Positions 57,069 to 64,000 of a DNA stretch of 64,000 nucleotides are shown here, piece by piece. The translations under genes were made by a program, and so were the position numbers. Under the pieces are notes generated by a model. It made no database searches. It was given only the letters and a program-made list of their open reading frames with translations, and was not told the origin of the DNA. Each line of letters begins with the position of its first letter. The stretch's first letter is position 1. The stretch is from the NCBI GenBank assembly GCA_947646095.1, contig CANSFI010000001.1, positions 8,402-72,401 of the forward strand, in the 5' to 3' direction. This DNA is from an uncultured Mycoplasmatota bacterium. GTDB lineage: Bacteria; Bacillota_I; Bacilli_A; RF39; UBA660.

Positions 57069-57371
57069 GTGAGAAAAGAAAATTGTTGTATTAAAAAGAC
57101 TTATAGAGAGGAAAAAACTAAACAAAATCTAATTCATCGAATCAATCGAATAAGTGGGCAAATGAGAGGAGTAAAAAAAATGATTGAAGATGATTCATAC
57201 TGTAAAGATGTCCTTGTGCAGTTGTCAGCAATAGAAAATTCAGTTAGAAGTTTGTCAAATCAATTGTTAGAGAATCATTTGTATTCTTGTATTACAAGAG
57301 ATTTAAAAGATGGTAAATTAGAAACAATTGATGAAGTAGTTGATTTATTTAAAAAATTTAATCGAGGATAA
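57069..57371 (+). CDS. csoR: CsoR-family copper-sensing repressor
   Basis: RINRISGQMRGVKKMIEDDSYCKDVLVQLSAIENSVRSL...HLYSC carries the C-H-C ligand pattern. GTG start with RBS AGGTGG. Confidence 0.85.
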   Translation: MRKENCCIKKTYREEKTKQNLIHRINRISGQMRGVKKMIEDDSYCKDVLVQLSAIENSVRSLSNQLLENHLYSCITRDLKDGKLETIDEVVDLFKKFNRG

Positions 57372-57388
57372 TGGAAAGGAATAAGATT

Positions 57389-57595
57389 ATGAAAGAAATA
57401 GAATTAAAAGTAGATGGAATGTCTTGTGAGGGATGTGAAAATAGGATACAAAAAACTTTAAAAGAAATTGATGGAATAGAAAGAGTCGTAGCAGATCATG
57501 TAAAAAAGACAGTCAAAATATCGTTAGTATCTGACGTTGAAATAGATACTTTAAAAGAAACAATTGAAGACCTTGGGTTTGAAGTAGTTGATTAG
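57389..57595 (+). CDS. copZ: Copper chaperone CopZ (HMA domain)
   Basis: VDGMSCEGCENRI (MxCxxC). ATG 57389 is preferred over 57371. Confidence 0.85.
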   Translation: MKEIELKVDGMSCEGCENRIQKTLKEIDGIERVVADHVKKTVKISLVSDVEIDTLKETIEDLGFEVVD

Positions 57596-57604
57596 GGGAA
57601 AATT

Positions 57605-59812
57605 ATGAAAAAGATAATTTTATCTATCGATGGAATGACTTGCTCTGCTTGTTCAAATGGATTAGAAAAGTATCTAAATAAGCAAAATGGTGTATATAAT
57701 GCTTCTGTTAATTTAGTAATGGCTAACATGACTGTTGAGTATGATGAAAAAATATTAGATATTCATAAATTAGAAGAATACGTTAAGAAAGCAGGATTTA
57801 AAAGTCCCGGAGAGTTTAAAGAGATAAAATTGGAAAAAAAGAATAAAAATGAGAAAATTAAATTTATAATTTTTACAATTTTAGCGATAGTTTTAATGTA
57901 TATTTCAATGGGACATATGATAGGGTTGCCTATAATTTCATATTTAGAGCCACATAAAAATGTTAATAATTATGTAATCTGTTTATTTATACTTACAATT
58001 TTATTCTTAATATATGGATATGACATAATAAAAAATGGTTATAAGAACTTAATTCATAAAACTCCTAATATGGATACTTTAGTGGGAATAGGAGTTATTA
58101 CGAGTTTTTTATACAGCATTTATAATATGTATTTAATATTTAATGGAGAAACTAATTTAGTTATGAATCTATACTTTGAGTCATCTGCTATAGTCATATA
58201 TTTTATTAAGTTAGGAAGATATATAGATGGTGTTAGTAAGGATAAGACAAAAGAAGCAATAAGTAAGTTGGTAACTATAACCCCTAGTAAAGCAGTTAAA
58301 AAGATTAATAATGAATGTATAGAAGTTACTTTAGATGAAATAAAGAAAAATGATATTATTATATGTAAAGCAGGAGAGAAAATTGCAGTTGACGGTGAAA
58401 TAATATTAGGTTCTGCTCATTTTGATGATTCATTTTTAACTGGAGAAAGTAAGCCAATTAGTAAAACTATTGGAAGCAAAGTACTAGCAGGAAGTATCAA
58501 TTTTGATGGTTATATTGAATATAAGGCTGAAAGAATAGGCAAGGAATCGACTGTTTCCGAAATTGTTAGATTGGTAGTAGAAGCTACTAATACGAAAGCT
58601 CCAATCTCGAAAGTTGCCGATAAAGTATCTGGAATTTTTGTACCACTTGTTATATTAGTGGCAATTATGACTTTTATATTATATTTTGCATTAACAAAAA
58701 ACTTTGGAGAATCATTAATTACTTTTGTTACGATATTAGTAGTTGCTTGTCCTTGCAGTTTAGGACTTGCGACACCTTTAGCTATAGTTGTTAGTGAAGG
58801 ATTATGTGCCTCAAATGGCATTTTAATAAAGAAAAGTGAAGTACTTGAGAATGTTGGTAAAGTAAATACAATTGTATTCGATAAGACTGGAACTTTAACC
58901 TATGGAAAATTGAAAATAGCCAAGATTTTTAATTATAGTAATATGAATAATACAGAACTTTTACAAATTGTTGGTAGCATCGAAAAAAATTCTAATCATC
59001 CAATAGGAAATGCTTTTGTTGATTATATGAAAGAATATAAACATGAAAATTTGGAAGTTAATGATTTTGAAAATATAGCAGGTTTTGGCATTAGAGCCAA
59101 ACTAGATAATAAAGAAATATTATTAGGCAATGCAAAATTAGTTAGTAAATATAAAATAAAAAATGATTACTTAGAAACTGAAAGAGAGTTGTCTAAAAAT
59201 GGAAATTCTATAATTTATGTAATTATAGATAAGAAAATCATAGTTTTGATTGGAGTAAATGATGTTGTAAGAGATAATGTTAGTGAAGTAATTACAGAGT
59301 TAAAAAGAAATAATATCGAAACTGTAATGTTAACAGGAGACAATGAAGAAACAGCTTTAAAAATTGCTAAAGATGTAGGAATCAGTAAAGTAATAAGTAA
59401 TGTAGTTCCATCTGAAAAAGCAGATACTATTAAAAATTTAAAAAAACAAAATAAGTTTGTTATGATGTGTGGAGATGGAATTAATGATAGTCCTGCGCTG
59501 TCAAGTAGTGATATAGGTGTGAGTGTTAAAAGTGGAACAGATATAGCAATGGATTCATCTGATGTAATACTTACACAAAATGATCTAAGAAGTATATTAA
59601 AATTAATTTATATTAGTAAAAAAACATTTAGAATTATTAAGGAGAATCTTTTTTGGGCATTTTTTTATAATTGTTTGATGATTCCTATTGCTATAGGTAT
59701 TTTAAAGCCAGTTGGTATTTCGATAAATCCAATGATGGCAAGTTTAGCAATGGTATTTAGTAGCATAACAGTAATTCTAAATACACTACGATTAAAAAAA
59801 ATAAAATTATAG
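57605..59812 (+). CDS. copA: Copper-translocating P1B-type ATPase
   Basis: N-terminal HMA GMTCSACS, TGES, CPCSLGLATP, DKTGTLT, GDGINDSPAL. Confidence 0.93.
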   Translation: MKKIILSIDGMTCSACSNGLEKYLNKQNGVYNASVNLVMANMTVEYDEKILDIHKLEEYVKKAGFKSPGEFKEIKLEKKNKNEKIKFIIFTILAIVLMYISMGHMIGLPIISYLEPHKNVNNYVICLFILTILFLIYGYDIIKNGYKNLIHKTPNMDTLVGIGVITSFLYSIYNMYLIFNGETNLVMNLYFESSAIVIYFIKLGRYIDGVSKDKTKEAISKLVTITPSKAVKKINNECIEVTLDEIKKNDIIICKAGEKIAVDGEIILGSAHFDDSFLTGESKPISKTIGSKVLAGSINFDGYIEYKAERIGKESTVSEIVRLVVEATNTKAPISKVADKVSGIFVPLVILVAIMTFILYFALTKNFGESLITFVTILVVACPCSLGLATPLAIVVSEGLCASNGILIKKSEVLENVGKVNTIVFDKTGTLTYGKLKIAKIFNYSNMNNTELLQIVGSIEKNSNHPIGNAFVDYMKEYKHENLEVNDFENIAGFGIRAKLDNKEILLGNAKLVSKYKIKNDYLETERELSKNGNSIIYVIIDKKIIVLIGVNDVVRDNVSEVITELKRNNIETVMLTGDNEETALKIAKDVGISKVISNVVPSEKADTIKNLKKQNKFVMMCGDGINDSPALSSSDIGVSVKSGTDIAMDSSDVILTQNDLRSILKLIYISKKTFRIIKENLFWAFFYNCLMIPIAIGILKPVGISINPMMASLAMVFSSITVILNTLRLKKIKL

Positions 59813-59870
59813 TGGATGAAGGGAAATAATAAATTGTAATCAAAATTATAATTTGAAAGGAACTTAAATA

Positions 59871-60368
59871 ATGAATATTCACTTTGGATTTTCGTATGTA
59901 GGTTTGATATTTTTGCTAATGCTAATAATACCTAATATTATATAGAGTAAAAATAAACCTAAAGACTATGATAAATATGTTAAAAATGAGAACAAATTAT
60001 TACTATTATTTGAAAGAATTGGAGAGATATTAGTAACTTGTTTATCTTTAATATTTAGTGATTTTAATATAAATAAAATATCAAATTGGACTAGTATATT
60101 GTTAATTGCTTTAGTACTAATGATCTTATATGAAATATATTGGATAAGATACTTTAAAGGTAGTAAAACAATGAAAGATATGTATAGTAGTTTATTAAAA
60201 ATACCAGTTGCAGGTGCTACATTGCCTGTAATCGCATTTTTATTATTAGGTATATATGGTAAAAATGTATTTTTAATTATATCAGCAATAATATTAGGAA
60301 TTGGACATATTGGAATACACTTAAATCATAGAAAAGAAATTAAGTCAGTTTATGATTATAAATATTGA
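59871..60368 (+). pseudogene. Small membrane protein with an in-frame TAG at codon 25
   Basis: RBS GAAAGGA plus ATG 59871. ...LIIPNII-TAG(59943-59945)-SKNKPKDY... stays in the same frame through to the 60099-60368 ORF. A TGG-to-TAG change is the simplest explanation. Confidence 0.55.
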
Positions 60369-60441
60369 ATGTTAATAAGTATTGCTTGTAGCAACGCTCT
60401 ATTCCTTATATAATGGTTGTAAAGAAGGGAGTTGTTTTAAA

Positions 60442-60951
60442 ATGTTAAAAGAAAACATTAAACAAGTAAGAAAATCAAAAGGACTTTCACAGGAAGAACT
60501 TGCTATTAAACTAAATGTGGTAAGACAAACAATATCTAAATGGGAGCAAGGATTATCTGTTCCTGATTCAGAAATGTTAATTAGGATATCAGAGGTTTTT
60601 GAAATACCAGTAAGCACTTTGCTTGGAGAAAATATTTCAGAGTCTAAAGTGGATGATTTGAAAGTGATTTCTGAAAAATTAGAGATAATAAACTTACAAC
60701 TATTGCAAAGAAAGAATGCAAGAAGAAAAATAATTCATTGGATACTAATTTCATTATGTGCAATCATAATAATAATTTTTATCTCTTTAATCTTATTAAA
60801 TAGTCCTTATTTAAATTGGGATTATAATGATCCTGAAAATGCTGTTTTAGGAGTTGCTTTTCATTTGTTTGAATGGCTATTTGTTAGGATAGCACCAATT
60901 ATCCTTATTGTATTAATTGTTGGCATTATATTAACTCGAAGGAAAGATTAA
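60442..60951 (+). CDS. XRE-family HTH regulator with C-terminal TM helices
   Basis: LSQEELAIKLNVVRQTISKWEQGLSVPD followed by two hydrophobic helices. Confidence 0.75.
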   Translation: MLKENIKQVRKSKGLSQEELAIKLNVVRQTISKWEQGLSVPDSEMLIRISEVFEIPVSTLLGENISESKVDDLKVISEKLEIINLQLLQRKNARRKIIHWILISLCAIIIIIFISLILLNSPYLNWDYNDPENAVLGVAFHLFEWLFVRIAPIILIVLIVGIILTRRKD

Positions 60952-61085
60952 AATTATTTTCTATAATTTGATTATTAAAATAAGTATTTTTCTAATACTA
61001 GTCAAATATTACATTGAAAAATAATGAATTTTATAATATAATTAAACTATTAATAATTTTGTTGATCAGTGAAAGAGTAGTAAAC

Positions 61086-61760
61086 ATGAAAAAAAGAAGT
61101 TTTGAAAAATATGCTTTTATTTTTATAATATTTATATTAGGAAGTTTTATAGGGTTTATCCATGAAAATTTACTAACAATAATAAAAGGCCATTATCAGT
61201 TGAGACAAGGTCTTATTTATGAACCATTAATACCTATTTATGGACTAGGATTATTGGTATTTTTCCTTGTTTATCATAATCTTAATTTAAAAATATATAA
61301 TAAAAAATCAGAGATTTTAATTGCATTTGTTATAGGTTTTATAATGGGAGGAATAACTGAATATTTATGTTCCTATGTTCAAGAAAAAATATTTGGAACA
61401 GTTTCTTGGGATTACTATTATTTAAAATTTAATTTTAATGGTAGAACAAGTATCGCACATGCTACCTTTTGGGGGCTAATAGGATTATTATTTTATGAAT
61501 TAATAATGCCAATACTTGAAAAAATTAAAACTATTTTAGAAAGTAATATAATAAAAATATTAATAACAATTCTATTTATAATTTTTATCATTGATGCTAG
61601 TATAAGTATAGTAGCTTGTATTAGACAAGGTAAAAGAAAAAGGGGTATAGAAGCTAATAATTATATTGAAAAACTACTTGATACTTATTATCCAGATAAA
61701 TATTTAAATAAAATTTATAACAATGCTCGTCCTCCTAGAAAAATAAAACAAAATAAATAA
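61086..61760 (+). CDS. Polytopic membrane protein ('putative ABC-transporter type IV'-like family)
   Basis: FIIFILGSFIGFIHENLL...LIYEPLIPIYGLGLLVF core pattern. Confidence 0.55.
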   Translation: MKKRSFEKYAFIFIIFILGSFIGFIHENLLTIIKGHYQLRQGLIYEPLIPIYGLGLLVFFLVYHNLNLKIYNKKSEILIAFVIGFIMGGITEYLCSYVQEKIFGTVSWDYYYLKFNFNGRTSIAHATFWGLIGLLFYELIMPILEKIKTILESNIIKILITILFIIFIIDASISIVACIRQGKRKRGIEANNYIEKLLDTYYPDKYLNKIYNNARPPRKIKQNK

Positions 61761-61833
61761 ATCAACTCTACTTTTAAGAGGTGTTAAAATATTAAACTAA
61801 CTAGTAATATTTTCTTTGGAAAGAGGAATATTT

Positions 61834-62571
61834 ATGGATCAAAATAAAATAGGAAAATTTATAAGTGAATGTAGAAAGAAAAAAGGTTTAACACAAAATA
61901 ACATCGCTCAAAAATTAGGAGTTACTGATAAATCAGTCAGCAAATGGGAAAGAGGAATCTGTTTACCTGATGTATCCTTGTTTCAAGAATTATGTAAAAT
62001 TTTGGATATTTCTTTAAATGAACTATTTGCTGGTGAATATTTAAAAGAAAAAGAAATAGTAAAAAAATCAGAAGAAAATATTATTAATATTATAAAAAAA
62101 GAAGCTATAATTATTAAAAAATATAAAATTAAAATGGTAATAGTAGCATTTATAATAATATTTTTACTATTATTTACATCTAAAACATTATTAGTTAAAT
62201 ATGGATTAATGATTGATGATAATTTAAAATATACTCAAAAATATATAGTCAATAATGGAAATATCAAAGGAGAAGTTGATATTAATTATTTTGAAAAAAT
62301 TAGTTTAGATTTTGAAATAGGAGCTAATAAATATGGGTATGCAGTATTTAAAAATCCTAATAAAGCATTTAATACATTTAAGAAAAAATATAATAAAGTA
62401 ATAAAAGCTATTAAGAGAGAATTTAAATTACTTCCATTTTCAAATTTAACATATAAATCTTATAAAATATATGGTTGGCAATTAACTAATGGAACCGAAG
62501 AAGAAAATAAACAAGCTAGTTTTGTATCTTCATTTTTGGATATTTATGAAAATAGTTTTAATAATAAGTAG
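61834..62571 (+). CDS. XRE-family HTH regulator with a TM segment and an extracytoplasmic domain
   Basis: LTQNNIAQKLGVTDKSVSKWERGICLPD, TM VIVAFIIIFLLLF, and a ~130-aa C-terminal domain. RBS AAGAGGA before ATG 61834. Confidence 0.75.
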   Translation: MDQNKIGKFISECRKKKGLTQNNIAQKLGVTDKSVSKWERGICLPDVSLFQELCKILDISLNELFAGEYLKEKEIVKKSEENIINIIKKEAIIIKKYKIKMVIVAFIIIFLLLFTSKTLLVKYGLMIDDNLKYTQKYIVNNGNIKGEVDINYFEKISLDFEIGANKYGYAVFKNPNKAFNTFKKKYNKVIKAIKREFKLLPFSNLTYKSYKIYGWQLTNGTEEENKQASFVSSFLDIYENSFNNK

Positions 62572-62644
62572 TAGATAGAAAACTATGTACTTTATGTACT
62601 TATGAAAATGAGACACTTATAAATACTTGAGCAAAGTGAAAGGA

Positions 62645-63112
62645 ATGAAACTTAATATGAAAAATAAAATAATTAAATATACTAGTTTTATAATATTAAG
62701 TTTAATCTTTATAACAATAGATAAATTTGTTTTAATATTTAAATATGGATTTTTAGAAATATTTATATTTATTTTTAGTATTATTATTTTAATATTTAGT
62801 GTTAATCAATTATATAAACAATTAAAACTTTCTAAACTAATTAAAGTAGTGTTAGAAATCATTACCATTTTTATTATTGTTTGGTTTTCTATTTTAAGTG
62901 TTGATTATAAAAGACACAAAAATTTACAAAAACCTATATTTGTTTTATCTAAAAAACTACTTACTACAGATGGAATAGATGTAAATAATGGATTAGGCTA
63001 TGATATAATTCAAGAATATGATTTTGATTTAAAAGATAATAAAGAATATAAAAGTAAATTCTATTTATTTGGAATAAAAATAAATGAAGTAACTAGTTTA
63101 AAAAATAAATAA
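62645..63112 (+). CDS. Hypothetical membrane protein; start uncertain
   Basis: Three TM helices then a ~60-aa tail. Candidate starts are 62627 (TTG), 62645 and 62657. Confidence 0.4.
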   Translation: MKLNMKNKIIKYTSFIILSLIFITIDKFVLIFKYGFLEIFIFIFSIIILIFSVNQLYKQLKLSKLIKVVLEIITIFIIVWFSILSVDYKRHKNLQKPIFVLSKKLLTTDGIDVNNGLGYDIIQEYDFDLKDNKEYKSKFYLFGIKINEVTSLKNK

Positions 63113-63209
63113 TACACTTTAAAGATTTGTATCATTTGTATCAAAAATGAATGAAAATATTATAAAATATGTTTTTTAAGTAAAAAATTATTAGAAAATT
63201 GGTGTAGTT

Positions 63210-63883
63210 ATGAATATTGAAAATGAAATATTTAAAAGAAGATATATTGATTTAGAAAAAATAAATGATTATGGTTTTAAAAGAATAAATAATATTTATA
63301 CTTATTCAAAAAAAATTTCAGATGATTTTAGAGTAGATATAGAAATCAATGAAAATAAAATAGTATCAGGTAAAATATACGATTTAAACACAAATGAAGA
63401 ATATACAAATTTTCGCAATTATAATCAAAATGGAGAATTTGTTAATTATATTAGAGATGAATATAAGAAAGTATTAGAAGATATTGCTTTAAAATGTTTT
63501 CAAAAAAGATACTTCATAACTGAACAGTCAAATAGAATAGCAAATTTAATTTTCAATCTTTATAATGATAAATCAGAATTTGTATGGGATAGTTCACCTG
63601 GATTTGGTATATTTAGAAATCCTATTAATAGAAAATGGTATGGATTACTTATGAACATTGATAAAAGTAAAATTGATAAAAAAGTTCTGGTGAAGTTGAG
63701 GTAATAAATGTGAAATTACCACCTTCTAAAATTGCTAATTTGCTTAACCAAAAAGGTTATTATAAAGCATATCATATGAATAAAGATAATTGGATTACTA
63801 TTATATTGGATGACACTTTAAAAGATCAGGAAATATTAAATCTTATAAAGCAGAGTCATGCATTTACTGTAAAAAAGAAATAG
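63210..63883 (+). pseudogene. MmcQ/YjbR-family DNA-binding protein with a frameshift
   Basis: The ORF stops at 63704. A shift in the A-run at 63678-63683 gives ...SSGEVEVINVKLPPSKIANLL...AYHMNKDNWITIILDD..., the conserved family C-terminus, ending at TAG 63881-63883. Confidence 0.65.
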
Positions 63884-64000
63884 TAAAATTAATTTATTGT
63901 TTTATCTGTTAGTTTATAGAACTACTACATATATTAATCTAATTTTTATCAAATTTAAATAAAAAGACCTATACTTAGATCAAAATAATTTTTAGTTAAA

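Overview
Low-GC (about 25% GC) chromosome segment from an endospore-forming Firmicute; no finer taxonomic call is possible from sequence alone. The backbone, in order, is as follows. (1) The division/sporulation locus: ftsZ, spoIIGA-sigE, an inverted sigG, and ylmC. (2) An ApbE / NusG-II / Gx-transporter / FMN-binding lipoprotein cluster. (3) A dockerin-bearing glucosaminidase with an anchored surface protein next to it. (4) A co-directional wall-glycopolymer locus of about 17 kb (23.3-40.3 kb). (5) A GC-rich, ORF-free structured RNA of about 630 nt with its own promoter and terminator, directly upstream of a small DUF21-like membrane protein. I interpret this pair as OLE RNA plus OapA. (6) Mobile-element debris: a tyrosine-recombinase remnant and a frameshifted IS110. 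(7) An Alg14/Alg13-like glycosyltransferase pair. (8) A decayed sigma-factor gene followed by two tandem wHTH-TPR paralogs. (9) Rubrerythrin, glyA-folD and a solitary tRNA-Met with a candidate type I toxin beside it. (10) An ABC-F ATPase, csoR-copZ-copA, and membrane-tethered XRE regulators. The most unusual part is a 9.5-kb insert between ftsZ and spoIIGA that carries three prepilin-type genes. In two of them the RBS, start codon and leader peptide are encoded by the outward-reading end of an IS4-family element. One copy is a full-length but dead IS, and the other is a 165-bp scar of the same IS at the same codon. A 179-bp cassette flanked by perfect 25-bp inverted repeats lies just upstream. 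The window also has many pseudogenes, several broken at A/T homopolymers. All functional calls come from motif recognition by eye; no searches or folding programs were run.
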